Below, piece by piece: positions 11,491 to 24,467 of a stretch of DNA of 64,000 bases (positions are counted from its first letter, which is position 1; every line of letters starts with the position of its first letter). The translations under genes were made by a program, and so were the position numbers. Source of the DNA: Eledone cirrhosa (lineage: Eukaryota); NCBI GenBank assembly GCA_964016885.1, contig OZ024742.1, positions 326,740,001 through 326,804,000 of the forward strand. The letters run 5' to 3'. A model generated the notes under the pieces. The model did no database searches, had not been told where the DNA came from, and saw only the letters and a list, made by a program, of their open reading frames with translations.

Positions 11491-12534
11491 TAACTCGTCA
11501 CAAGGTTCAACACTACCACTTGACTTTTGAGTGTCACTGGCGTAATCTACTTTGTTGTACACATTCGGGTGCTGTCTCCAATTTGATGATACCTTCCTCC
11601 CAACAGTTTCGGGATCTATGTAAATGGTGACATGGGCTCTCGTGGGGGCTAAACGAAAACAATAACAAAAATAACAGCAGCAATGCAGTGACCTATTTAA
11701 CAAACCCGTTAGACTCCTGTTGGAACTGATACCGCAAATGAGATTATTGTTTAGAAATGTATGGGATGTACTTTTAAAAAGAACTTTTATGAGACTTTCA
11801 CATGAAACAACAGTTAACACATGTTTTTCTCATAAAACTGCTTATCAATAAGTGTTATAGATGCCTTAAGCATTGTGAACTTCTTCGAGAATTTTTTTAA
11901 ATCTATTTTATTTTGTTTTGTTTTAGTTTTATTAATAAATGTTCATATATGTTATCGCGGTCGATAAAACAAAATACCAGACCAGGACGTTTGAAATGTA
12001 GGAGTCTCCGATAAGATGCCTTGCAATATTTGTTCTGGTTATCTGAGCTTCTGAGTTCAAATCCCACCGAAGTTAATTTTGTATTTCAAACTAATAAAGT
12101 TGATAAAATAATGTACCAGTCTGGGACCGTGGATTGGCGGGACTGTAGAGCATTAGACGACATACCTTGCAGTATTTGTTGCTGCTCTTTGCATTCTGCG
12201 TGGTAGACTTAATCCGTCGCCCGGTTTAACACCACCGCATGACTTCTGGGTGCCATGCACTCTGTTGCAAACATTCCGGCCAGTTCTCTGGTTTGAAAAT
12301 AACTTCTTTTATTCTTCCCACCAGTTTTGGAGGTTTCTGAAGAGACATGAAGTGACATAGACGCTGCTCTTCCTTCTCAGACTAAATGTTTTAAAAAATA
12401 AGAATTTCTACCACATTTTATAACATTTAATGTTTGTTAGATTCCTTTTAATTCCATCAGTACTAAGTGATCCCTAACCAGGAATTTCACATTTATTTGT
12501 GTATATTTTTGTTTGTTGGAAATTTCGAGAACCT

Positions 12535-12730
12535 TAATAATTGTTTCTACATTTGGCACAAGGCCAGCAATTATCCCAGTGCATTACGGTACTTTATTTT
12601 ATCGACCCCGTAAGGATGAAAGGCAAAGTTAACCTCGGTGGGATTTGAACTCAGACCGTAAAGAGGCGTAACTCTATGCTGCAAAGTATGGCATCCGACC
12701 TTCTACCGAGACTGCCAATCCACCGCCTTA
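12535..12730 (-). mobile_element. Family A SINE, full length
   Basis: Head ggcggtggattggcag, B box, core, TAA tail. Confidence 0.88.
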
Positions 12731-12767
12731 ATAATCGTTTCTATTTAATATTATTTTCTATTTCTAG

Positions 12768-12808
12768 GTGTCCAACGTGGTTTCTCGGTGAAAAATGTGA
12801 AGTCAATG
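12768..12808 (+). CDS. Exon of EGF-TM protein (CPTWFLGEKCEVN)
   Basis: tttctag / gtaaaa; EGF CxC..F.G..CE motif. Confidence 0.85.
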
Positions 12809-12918
12809 GTAAAAGTAAGACAAAAAGTACCTTTTTTTTTCCTGTTGTTTCTGATACAGCCAATCCACCGCCTTAATGTTAATGATAATAATATTTCTCA
12901 TCTTGTTCTATATTGCAG

Positions 12919-13018
12919 TGTTGGTGATAATACTGTGTAGCACTCTCGGTGGTCTTCTCTTCATAACTCTTCTCATCTGTATCTTGTGTATCTTCGTGTA
13001 TCGACGTAAAACCAAGAA
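12919..13018 (+). CDS. Exon of EGF-TM protein, transmembrane helix + stop-transfer (VLVIILCSTLGGLLFITLLICILCIFVYRRKTKK)
   Basis: ttgcag / gtaagt; hydrophobic helix followed by basic residues; phases match both neighbours. Confidence 0.88.
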
Positions 13019-13097
13019 GTAAGTCAAGTACCAGTTGTTGCATTCTCTCTTTCACAATCGGCTACTCTCTTATTATCTCTCTCATTTCCTCAGTTTA

Positions 13098-13186
<89 letters not shown>

Positions 13187-13223
13187 TCCCTCTCTCTGTA
13201 TATATTCAAAAGATGTCAACATG

Positions 13224-13435
13224 AATGGACCTGTTATTTTTATCTAAAGACATTTATTTTCCAATTCCACCCCACCCGTCCCTTCAATCTATCTTATTTC
13301 TCATTCTTTCTTCTGATGAAGGACTAGCGTCCGAAACGTTAAGACCCTCTTCCTGCTATTTCAAGCGTTAAACTAATATATTCCTTCCATATACTGTATC
13401 GATTGTGTTGTTATTTCTGTTTACCTTTCACATAC

Positions 13436-13440
<5 letters not shown>
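13224..13440 (+). mobile_element. Short hammerhead-bearing repeat (solo pLTR or retrozyme-like); copy at 25750-25960, fragments at 25200-25278 and 51291-51328
   Basis: Near-identical dispersed copies ending in TA/CA microsatellite. Confidence 0.75.
13309..13344 (+). ncRNA. Minimal type I hammerhead motif
   Basis: TCTT-CTGATGA-A-GGAC-tagc-GTCC-GAAA-CG-TT-AAGA; palindromic ACGT in place of stem III. Confidence 0.8.
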
Positions 13441-13471
<31 letters not shown>

Positions 13472-13586
13472 TTGTTTGTGTGTGTGTGTGTATACAATAC
13501 GTCTATGTAAATGAACATCACGAAAAATGTATTATTTAATTATCTGTGTGTATGCTATTAGCTTATTCCCCTTGGTACCGATGTTT

Positions 13587-13638
<52 letters not shown>

Positions 13639-13707
13639 AGAAAAAGATGAAATCGAAAATGCAACTGGAGTCTTATTTTTTAAAAAGTATATATATTTAT
13701 TTGGTTC

Positions 13708-13743
13708 CTTTACCGGTTTCGCAGTTCTTCTGCTTTTCAAAAG
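13708..13743 (-). ncRNA. U3-A8 variant minimal hammerhead motif
   Basis: CTT-TTGAAAA-GCAG-aagaa-CTGC-GAAA-CCGG-TA-AAG. Confidence 0.6.
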
Positions 13744-14149
13744 TAGAGTTGAGATACGATCGGATAAGTATTTGAAGGCATTGCTCCAGCTTGGTCGGAA
13801 TCTAATGACGACTGAAACCAATGAAAGATGCAAAAGAGTCGACAAAACAACTCTATTACACAAAATTTGAGACTTTTTAAGATGGAAGACAAATGTAGAA
13901 AAATAAGAAAAAATATAACATAAAGGTTGGGTCGGAAATGTCAAATAGGTTTAATATGCTGATATTTACCATAGTAAATAGAAAATAGAAATTTACATAA
14001 TTTAGTTGAATTTTGTAAAATTATAACTACAGTTGGAATAGTATATTTGGGTTGTAAAATGTTGTTCAGTGAATTTAACAACAAAGGATATATTTATTTA
14101 CATATAACATATGACATTCATTTTCAACAGATTTTATCTCAAATAATGA

Positions 14150-14345
14150 CCAACAATTTTGGGGGAGTGGAAAGTCGATTAAATCGACACCAGTGCATTA
14201 CTGGTACTTTATTTTATCAACCCCGTAAGGATGAAAGGCAAAATTAACCTCGGCGGGATTTGAACACAGATCATAAAGGGCCGTAACTCTATGCTGCAAA
14301 AGCATGGCGTCCGACCCTTCACCGATACTGCCAATCCACTGTCTT
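14150..14345 (-). mobile_element. Family A SINE
   Basis: Core and head match. Confidence 0.85.
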
Positions 14346-14921
14346 GATTTTAATTTAAATAATAACATTTTAAAAGAACGATATTGAAACGAATATATAC
14401 CTTTGTATTAACTGTAAATTTAAATGTAGAAAAATGGCTTAAAGCGTGTGAAAAATGTCTTCACTTTCAAAGTAATAAACTGATATTTACAAACCTTATT
14501 GTAATATATAACTAAGTTTGTGGGGTTTGGTGACACTACGTGGTGCCTTAGGTTGAACTAGTGTCTTCTATTGTAGCCTCGGGTTGACCATTACATTGTG
14601 AATCAAATTTAGTGAACAGAAACTTTGCAGAAAACCATCGAGTGCACACACGCACACACATACATATATATATGTGTGTGTGCGTGTGTGTGTGTGTGTG
14701 TGTGTATACATATATATATATATATATATATATTAGAAAGAGTCGAGGCCCAACGTGTGAGCTCTTGCCGTTTCAATAGCTAGTTCCAGTCTATCACAAG
14801 TATTCTGTTGAATAATGGTTTAACTTGTTTAATCCTGATATATATATATATATATATATATAAAAACAAATAACGAAACGAAATTAAATTTCGTTTCGTT
14901 TGTAACTCACTTTTGTATGAC

Positions 14922-14987
<66 letters not shown>

Positions 14988-15489
14988 AAGAGGGTGTGGT
15001 AAGACACTAGGTGGACCATAATGTACTAGATCCGAACAAGTTCGGATCTAGCTGTCGAAACGGCCGGAGCTCAGCCGTTGGGCTCCTGGATCTTTTCATA
15101 TATATATGTGTGTGTGTGTATGTAGCTATATTCTTTATTAAGGCCAAGTCTGTGTGCGTGTGCGTATGTATTTACGTTTACTCTTTCGACAAACATAGAT
15201 CGATAAAATAAGTACGAGACTCAAAAACAATAAGTACTGGGGTCGATATGATCGATTAAATTTCTTCAAGGTAGTAGCCAGCATAACAACGGTCTAGTGA
15301 CTGAAACCAGACAAATAAATATACAAATAAACAGAATTATATATTTCCGGATATTATTCAGTTGATGTCACCATATTGTTTCCAACAATATATAATATGA
15401 ATCAGATTCAAGTCTACAGAACTTACATAGCAACAGTTTTCCTGTTGGAAATGTCGAAAGTTTAAGAAGACTGGAAGACATTTCAATAC

Positions 15490-15625
15490 TTAATAATTGT
15501 TTCTACTTTTGGCACAAGGCCACCAATTACCCAGTGCATTACTGGTACTTTATTTTATCTGCCCCGTAAGGATGAACGGCAAAGTTAACCTCGGCGGGAT
15601 TTAAACTCAGAATGGCAAGGGCCAT
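15490..15625 (-). mobile_element. Family A SINE, 5'-truncated
   Basis: Core match. Confidence 0.8.
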
Positions 15626-15704
15626 ACTTAATAATGATTTCTACTATAGACACAAGATCCCAACAATTGATGGGGGAGGATAGGGACCCCAGTCCTATCA
15701 TCTC

Positions 15705-15846
15705 CTTTCTACAGCTGAGTAAACTGGAGCAACGTGAAATAAAGTGTCTTGTTCAAGGAAACAACACATAACCCGGTCCGAGAATTGAACTCACAACCTT
15801 TCGATTGCAAGCCCAATGCTCTAACTACTAAGCCATGAGCCTTCAC
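15705..15846 (-). mobile_element. tRNA-derived SINE family B (CORE-like domain)
   Basis: Minus strand: tggcttagtagttagagcattgggcttgcaatcgaaaggttgtgagttcaattc..tccttgaacaagacactttatttc. Confidence 0.8.
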
Positions 15847-16297
15847 TTGTGCCTATATAAGAAACCATTATTTACACTCCGGTCAGTTTTCCGATAATCT
15901 TTAGTACCAGCCTTATGAGACAATCGATTGTATGTACTCCTCTCTACTTAATCTATATTACCGGTTTTATCGGAGTAAACACGCAACACAGTAGAATCCT
16001 TTATCTCTTGGATTCTTTTGTTTAAATCCTGTTGGAAAAGATTTATTTATTTCTAAACTGATGTATGTATGTAAGAGAATATATACACGTGTGTGCTAAT
16101 GTCTGCCTATACGTAGCTCGAACACGATGGCCAACTGTGTGTGGGGAATTAATAAGTTATTTATTTATTTATTTATTTATTAATGTGAATATTTTTGGAA
16201 AATAATTATTTCTTTGGGTGTGTAATGGAAATTTTCTCTCATTAACCTTTACTTTTTACTATATCATGATCCGCGCATGCGCGGGTGTGTGTGTGTG

Positions 16298-16347
<50 letters not shown>

Positions 16348-16648
16348 TGTGTGTTTGTGTGTGTTTGTGTGTGTATGAATATGTGTGTGTGTGTGTGTGT
16401 GTGTGCTTTCTAAATAAGCGAACTAGTTAAATGCACTCAATTTTCTCGTGTATTTTTTTTGTCCAACGTCTGTGAATACCCCACAAGAACCACCTTCCTA
16501 CCAAAGAAGATAACTGACATTATATTTTATACATTTCTCTATGTATTAGTTTTGTTATTTGTTCATCCATGTTTCGTCAAAATGTGTGGAAAGCATTCTT
16601 TAAAAAATACAATATTAACACGATTATTTCAATGCCATTGTCTTGTAG

Positions 16649-16823
16649 AAGAAACAACAAAGTGACCAATGCTAGACATTTGTCATCTAGTGATTCCACT
16701 TTGGTAAAATTGCCGCGGCTTTGGTCAGAATCTGGATCACCACCAATTTACGAAGTGCCTGTCACATCCGACCGCAGACGGTGGAGTTTTGTGTCTGATC
16801 CAGTGCGATACCCTGAAGATGTG
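16649..16823 (+). CDS. Exon of EGF-TM protein, cytoplasmic tail (RNNKVTNAR..PIYEVPV..YPEDV)
   Basis: ttgtag / gtaaac; phase 2 in, phase 0 out, open frame. Confidence 0.75.
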
Positions 16824-17295
16824 GTAAACTGAACTTACTGTTATTCCATATAATAACTATATATTTTATTTAGAGTGGTGGGTTGGCAGAATCGTTTGTG
16901 CGTTGAATGAAATGCATTGTTGTATTTTGTTACAACCCTCTAAATTCTGGTTTCAACTTTGGCTTTCATTCTCCCAAAGGCGATAAGATAAAATACTAGT
17001 AAAGTACTAGTGTCGCTCTAATCGACCTTCCCCTTCTCTCCAAAATTGCTAGCTTTGTGCTTACATTATAAACCGTTAAATATTTCGTGTTTGAATTCCT
17101 TTAATATCTTTAGTCCGCCATCGTTGGCTGAGATGATTGACACATTTCATTTGCAGTATCTTGTGATTCTTGGAAGGACAGTTACATGCATCAGTATGTT
17201 TTTGCTCTCGCCACCGTTGAGTTTTAACAACCCTTTGGTACTTATGATCGTTGTCACTGCTTTACAAAGCTACCTCTATCTTCCTTGTATTTCAG

Positions 17296-17379
17296 ATTAT
17301 TGAAGATTACTACAGACCCGGAACGTTGCCCCTGCCCAAGTTCTATGACAATAACAGACGCCATCTTATGGCTTACCAG
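17296..17379 (+). CDS. Exon of EGF-TM protein, cytoplasmic tail (IIEDYYRPGTLPLPKFYDNNRRHLMAYQ)
   Basis: tttcag / gtatat; 84 nt, phase 0-0. Confidence 0.75.
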
Positions 17380-18059
17380 GTATATATTCAAATAAGAACC
17401 CTTGGGTACAGGCCATATTTTGGTCACGGAAAATATCAGAAAATAGAAATTGACTCCAAATGAATAAAAACCGGATAAGTCTCAATTCATTCATATCCCC
17501 AAATCTCATATATTACGTATGTAAGAATGACCGGGTGTATAATACAAGAGTGTGGATGCACTTGTCTGTATATGTATGTATATCCTAGTGTGCCTTGGGC
17601 TCCCATCTCCTGGTGGAGACATAGGAACGCTGTTTGTCACATGCAGCATATTTTGGACATTAATACTTGGTGAAGCACATCTCACACTATGCATGTAGGA
17701 TCGATGGATTGATGGATGGGAGGGATCTTCGGGTAGCGTTAATACCACCAGATGAAGCATTTGTGCTTCTCTGGAATAGATCGTCTACCTTTCGTCTCTA
17801 CTTTGTACCTAACTTTCACTTTTGGGTGCAGGAAGTTGTAGTATGCGAAGTAGCTCATCCCAGCAAACCACTTTCACATACGGACTTAACTAGACACGTT
17901 TGTTACTGAGTCTCAAATACTCAGTGCGTTTAGCTTTAGCCATGACTATCTAAGCATACAAAGACTGGATGTGTGGGTAGGCGGTTAGTGTGACGGACGA
18001 ACAGAAATTTCTTTTCATCAACACATATATCTATCAAAATGTCATTTTCTCTTTTGCAG

Positions 18060-18158
18060 AACCCTTCTTTTCATAGTTCTACACTTCCACTACGACCGGC
18101 GTATCAGCAAGACAAATGGCGATCATATTACCCTGCCCCCAGATCTGTTGCTTACTGA
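18060..18158 (+). CDS. Terminal coding exon of EGF-TM protein (NPSFHSSTLPLRPAYQQDKWRSYYPAPRSVAY*)
   Basis: Polypyrimidine tract + ttgcag; TGA at 18156-18158; AATAAA 58 nt downstream. Confidence 0.75.
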   Translation, partial: NPSFHSSTLPLRPAYQQDKWRSYYPAPRSVAY

Positions 18159-18215
18159 GTCGAAAGGAGTATTTTCTGCATTTACGCATGCTAATTTGTT
18201 GGTGTTAGTGGCTTC

Positions 18216-18221
18216 AATAAA
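18216..18221 (+). terminator. Candidate polyadenylation signal of EGF-TM gene
   Basis: AATAAA after the stop, followed by T-rich sequence. Confidence 0.5.
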
Positions 18222-18344
18222 TGAGACGTTCATAAAAAAAAATAACTCAGATATTTGTTTTATCTTCTAAGTTTTTTTTTTTATATTTACTATTGGAGAT
18301 ATGCAGTGGTGGTGGGGGACACTCTAATCTTTGCATGACAACAC

Positions 18345-18870
18345 CGGACATGTTGTCGTCTTCTTAGCCCGGTTATTCCTGGGATGGTCGTGGGGGCAGA
18401 GTCTACAAGCACCTCTTCCAGCGAGACTTTTGAGAAGAAATCGTCCCCAATTGATCCGGCTGGATCCCCAAACGAGACCAGCCGAGCTCATGGATGTTAT
18501 CCAACCATCATGCTCGTGGTCTAAACCTGGGTCTCCTGCCAGTTGGTTATGTCCATAAAATCTGTCCAGTGATTCTTTCCTTAGATATTCTCACCACATG
18601 TCCGTAATATCGGAGCTGTGATTTCTCAATTCGGAGAAATGGTAGTTCTGTCTGGACAGACTCTGTTATCTCCGAGATACACACTCTGTCGAGTAACATT
18701 ACTCCAAAACTCTCAGGATGAACCCTAAGTTCAGTCGCTTGTGTTCACGATCATATTCTTTCGCTCATTACCTATTATTCGTGACCGAATACCAAATTGA
18801 CGATAGCGAGTTTGGCTTTTCCATTTACCTCCCTTTTTCTGGTGCCGGAATGCTGAAGCTGGTCCGATTA
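18345..18870 (-). mobile_element. Decayed RTE-clade LINE 3' fragment (related fragment at ~43030-43610)
   Basis: Minus translation LRIEKSQLRYYGHVVR..TGRRPR.RPR..WLDNIHEL, typical RTE C-terminus. Confidence 0.7.
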
Positions 18871-20192
18871 TAATATACTACATAATATATCGATAGAATT
18901 GTCACGAATGCCGAATTGAAGATAGCGAATTTGGCTTTTCCACTTACCTCCCTTTTTCTAATAACTGAATGCTGCATCTGGCGTTATGACGTACTACATA
19001 ATATATCGGTAGATTTTTGGCCGACACTGTGTGTATACACATTTGTAAACATCATACAATATCTTCATGGACAAAAAAGAGAGATTCCTCTTTTTCTACT
19101 CACAAAGATATTGTATATACAGACAAGGTGTTTAAATCTGACTATATGTGCAGTATTTGCTAAAGCTTTATAGATATATTCTTAGACCGCTTCTTCTGTC
19201 CACGAAGGTATAGTATATACAGAGAAAGTGTTTACATCTGTCTGGATATACAAAAATCTTGAGAGATACTCTCTAGTACAATAAAGCATTGAAACAAAAC
19301 ATTGTTAACGGACCTATAATTTATAACTCCGGACATGTTTAAGCATGATTAGACCTCCTCAGCTAAGCAGTCGTATAGATGTTTGTTAGATCAAATGAGG
19401 GAATGTTAATATGAATGAAGATATGTGTCTTGCATATCGAGGAAACTTATGATCTAGTATTTCAGTTGAAACTACAAATCCACTACTTTGTAATTCATAT
19501 ATTAATACATCTTTCTTTGTTTAAGGAGGTAGTGTGTGATTTGATTCAAAATTAGCTGCTACTTCTGGCAGTTCAAGTAACCATGTTAAAGTTTCGTCGT
19601 TGGCTCGTTAAGTTGTTTTATCTCCTGAGATCATAGCTGAGGCCACTGTACTACACTGGACTCCTCTCTCAAGATCATACGAGCCAGCGATGGGAAACTC
19701 GACCCGGTCGTTTCACCTGCTAGAAGTAGCAGTCATATGTTCCTCAAATCTTATCTTCTGTCTTAAAAGGAGAAAGTCAGATTGAGAAATTTGATCGTGG
19801 AAGTACTCTATCTGAATAAACGTTGAGATTGTCAAGGCCGGAATGCATTTCATGATAGATCTCATCGAAATGGTTAAGAAGCCATGGGAGAAGGAGACGA
19901 AGGAAGATGTGAGCAGAATTGGTGAAAGCCGATTTCAAGATGCTGAAACTCACAAAGGAGATGGAAGAGGAAAGCAACAAGTGGCCAAGCGTGGTTTAGA
20001 TGATTCGTCCAAACCATGCAATCATGGGAAAGCAGACATAAAAATGATGTTGATGATGGTAGTGGGGGGAAATATGAAAGTTAAATGTCTTAACTATATG
20101 ATAAATTTAACCTATAAATAAATAAATATATTTAATAAGCGTGTAAATAGAAATAAAACAAATGTTATCGTCACAACAAATGGCAGTATTTA

Positions 20193-20292
20193 CCCGCCGA
20201 CGTTAACTTTGCCTTTCATCCTTACGGGGTCGATAAAATAAAGTACCAGTAATGCACTGGGTAATGCTGGCCTTGTGCCAAAAGTAGAAACA
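20193..20292 (+). mobile_element. Family A SINE, 3' half
   Basis: Core match. Confidence 0.8.
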
Positions 20293-20849
20293 AGTATTTA
20301 ATATAGCAGTATTTTTTACCTCCCTTGCATTTGTTCTTTACAGTTATCTCCCATGGAATTTATTTCTGACAATTATCTCCCTTACACAAGTGTTTACTTT
20401 AATTTCCCAGTAGATGTGATATAACCATTTTATATCCACAAAATTGATTTGTAACGCAAAAAACGATACACAGAAAAAAAAAGTTTCTCCTCTAATTCAT
20501 CTGAGGTTGGGGAAACGAACGAGCTCTCATGCGGACTGTCGCTCTAGCTCAAATCACTCTCTGGCATTCTGTCGGTTACGACGACGAGTGTTCCAGTTAA
20601 TACGATTAACGGAATAGCCTGTTCCTAAAATTAACGTGCGAGTGGTTGAGCAGTCCACACGCGCATATACTCTTAACGTAGTTCGCAGCGAGATTCGGCG
20701 TGACACGATGTGACATGGCTAGACACTCTAATTATAGATACCACTCATTTTTTGCCTGCTGAGTGGACTGGAGCAACGTAAAATAAACACAACGCGCAGC
20801 TGGGAATGGAACTCAGGATTTACGAATCTCTACACTTTTAGAAAAGAAT

Positions 20850-21065
20850 GGTTTCTGCTTTCGGCACAAGGCCAACAATTTGGCGGAAGGGAAAAATCGA
20901 TTAAATTGACCCCAGTGCGTTACTAGTACTTTATTTTAACGACCCTTTAAGGATGAAAGGCAAAGTTAACCTCGGCGGGATTTGAACACCGAGCGTAAAT
21001 GGACATAACTCTATGTTGGAAAGCATGGTGTCCGACGCTCTACCGATTCTGCCAATCCACCGCCC
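20850..21065 (-). mobile_element. Family A SINE
   Basis: Core and head match. Confidence 0.85.
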
Positions 21066-21381
21066 TATCTTTAAAAAAGAACGACACGTTTCATATTGTG
21101 CTATAAGTACTCAGCCTATGAAAAGGTCGGTGTTGTTAGGACTGCAATACAGTGATCATCAGGGTTAACTTGGAACTGAACAACTCCTGAGAATTATTTC
21201 CCTTATACTACGACTCTTTACGACTCTTTTAATATCGTATTTTTTTAATAGGTGGGGTTATATTTATTAGACTGCAGCCATGCTGAGAAACCATTTTTGT
21301 GGAATTCCTCAATTATATCGACTCTACTACTTATTTATTTTCAAGTCTATTACTATCCTTTTTTTTTCCGAACTGCTAGAT

Positions 21382-21414
<33 letters not shown>

Positions 21415-21834
21415 CCAACGGGCTTCTGAATAGCTTCCGTCTACCAAATTTCACTTATAATGTAGTTGTCAATCCGAAGCTGTACTAGAAGACACATTCC
21501 TAAGGTACCAGGCAGCGAGACTAAACGCGAAACTATGTGGTTGTGAAGTTAACTCCTTAACCACAGCCCTGACCGACCGCTTTCTTTTAGTACCAGTCAC
21601 TATCGAAACCTCTGATGTCGTCGGTCTCTTATATGCTATCCCCCCCCCCCCCTTCACACCCACAGAATTGAAAAGAAAGTATCCCGTATAAGGAAGGAGC
21701 TCCATGGGGGGAAGTGGATAATGCAGCGGGAATCTCCGCTGTCCTCTGCGAATATGCTTTCGATATTTTGTCTGCAGGGTGCAGCTAAATTATACCACCT
21801 AGACCGGAGTGTGTAGTCACTTCCTTTTACTTTT

Positions 21835-22033
21835 GGCAGTATTGGTAGACACGCTTGGCGACATAAAGTTACGTCCCTTTACATTCTGAGTTCAAATCCC
21901 GCTATGGTTAGCTTTGCCTTTCATCCTTATGGGGTCGATAAAATAAAGTACCAGTAATGCACTAGGATCGATTTATTCGACTTTTCCCCTCCCAAAAAAT
22001 TGTTGGCCTTGTGCCTAAATCAGAAACCATTAT
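21835..22033 (+). mobile_element. Family A SINE
   Basis: A/B boxes and core. Confidence 0.85.
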
Positions 22034-23472
22034 TTTCTTTTATTACAAACATTATTTATTTCATTGAAATTTGTTAAATAAAATACCATTGATATTTATA
22101 TTACAACGTTGGACTAAATGCTTTATAGTTTATAGTTACCGCCTTTTTAATTCTAGGTTCAAATCTCCCCAAGATCAACTTTGCCACCAATCTTCCCGAG
22201 TTTCAAATATCAAAAATGAGTGTTTTATTGTTACAGATCAATTTTTAACTTTATCATTATTTATTCTGGTTTCCTAACGCAGAGTTTGAATTTAAATACA
22301 AGATTATATACTGTAGTCAATGAAGTGGTCCATAGCTCCTTTCTATAAAAGTAAAAACTTTTGTTAGTTTAATAAATCGATGACAATGTAAAAATAAAAA
22401 GTGGTTATCTAACAAGACTCTAATCACCGCTTGCCAGGCGACTATATTGCCACTTTCTTTATAGTATTCCGGCATTACCATTTACGCTATAGAATGCCTG
22501 AATTTCTTGTTATACTGTAACATAATACCAACTATGTGACAGGTAATTCCAATTACATTATAGAACGCCTGCATTCCCCGTTATACTATACTAAAACATA
22601 CAACAGAATGCTTCCCAATGAATTGGCAGTGTAGGCCAATTGCTTTCCACTAATTATTACTGCTATGTGCTGAGTTCAAATCATGCCAAAGCCAACTTTG
22701 ACTTTTATGTCCCAAGATCGATAAAATAAGTCCCTGTCCAAGGCAGTGGGTTAGCAGAATTGTTAGAATATTAGATGAGTTGTCTTGGTGTCTACTTGGT
22801 TGGTAGACTTAATCCATTGCCAGATTTAACTCATGTGTTACCATACATATAATGAAATACACCGCTTATAATTTTCAAAGAATTTTGAATATAATCAAAA
22901 ATGAGAAGATATTTAGTAATATAGATGACTTTCTCATTATTACATTGATGTTTGAGGGTGGCAGATTGGCACAATTAGAGCGTCTGACAAAATGCTTTGT
23001 GGCCCTAACATTCAGAGTTCAAATCCTGCCGAGGTCAACTTCGTCTTTCATTTTTCTGTGGTTGATAAAATAAAGTACTGAGGCTGACATAATCCACTTT
23101 CTCCTCTCCGCAAATTACACGCCTTGTTTGGAGAATACCTTAACAAAGGTTCTTACATAAAATTATAATAGAAAGTTTTTAGATATATACAAACACCAAA
23201 AAAAAAGTTTTGTTTCATAGAACCAGGGTCGGTTTCGGTTTAAAGCAGGTTGATATTGACTTTAGATGAGGCCTCTTCGCTTGAAAGTTGATCCAGGTCT
23301 CCGCTTTAGAGACATTACCCTTCTAGCACTCACCTGTCTTGAAGGCCCATGAAACTGACCATGGGCGATGCATTTTCTTCCTTGGCATAACCGTAAATAT
23401 AAATAAATAAGTAAATATATACATGATGCCTATTTACCATCAACAGGCAGGCTACTATCTCAGTGTGGTGCT

Positions 23473-23682
23473 AATAATTGTTTCTACTATAGGCACAAAG
23501 CCAGCAATTTGAAGGGGAGGGGAAAGTCAATTAAATCGACCCCAAGTGCATTACTTTATCGACCCCCGTAAGGATGAAAGGCAAAGTTAACCTCGGTGGG
23601 ATTTTAACTCAGACTGTAAAGGGCCATAACTCTATGCTGAGAAGCATGCAGCGACATTCTACCGATTCTGCCAATCCACCGC
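23473..23682 (-). mobile_element. Family A SINE
   Basis: Core and head match. Confidence 0.85.
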
Positions 23683-24467
23683 TAATAATGTCTTTAGATT
23701 ATTAATATTTAAAGGTGTGTTTGTATAAGTGTGTGCCCGTCAAGCATATACATATACACCAGGTCCTAACACAAAGGAACCAAACTCCCACTGTCACTAC
23801 CTCCTTCTTTCCTGTTCTCCCCATCTCTCACTATTATGAGTAAATGGGGGCCCACGCGCTGGCTGGCCCGCGGCCCGTGCGAAGATGATATCTTAATGGT
23901 TGTTAATTAATAAACAAACGGATTTTTTTAACAATGTGTTTATGATTTTTGAAAAAATATCATTAATATTTTATTATCAGCAGCAACAATAAATATTTAT
24001 GAAAGTCAAAAATAGAATGCATTTTTTAACAAATGGGATGGAATCGATATGTGTGTGTGTGTGTATATATATACATACACACACACACAAAATATGATTA
24101 AGAAGGAGAAAAGTGTGAGCACTTAATACAGATTGAGTTATATATATATATATATATATAAAATTGCAAGTTTGAAGAACCGTTAGATAAAATATACCCA
24201 ATCTTTCTTCACCCTAGTCCGTAGAAATCAACTAGATAAATAATCATTTAAACGGAGTTATAAGTTTAAAATGTAACTTCAAAGAAATAATAGATAAATG
24301 ATACAGACTATTCCCCCGCGAGGAACAGTCAGATAAAATTTACCGTCTTTCCACTTAGCCCGTAAAAATTAACTAGACAAATAATCAATTAAATGGAGCT
24401 AAGTCTAAAATATAAGTTAGAAGAAAAAAATGCATATATATATATATAAGTTGGTGTTTTACATCTC

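Noticed and set aside
8513-18158. Naming the EGF-TM gene LRP2/LRP1
   Set aside because: EGF spacing is similar, but the tail lacks NPxY motifs and no LDLa or YWTD exons are visible
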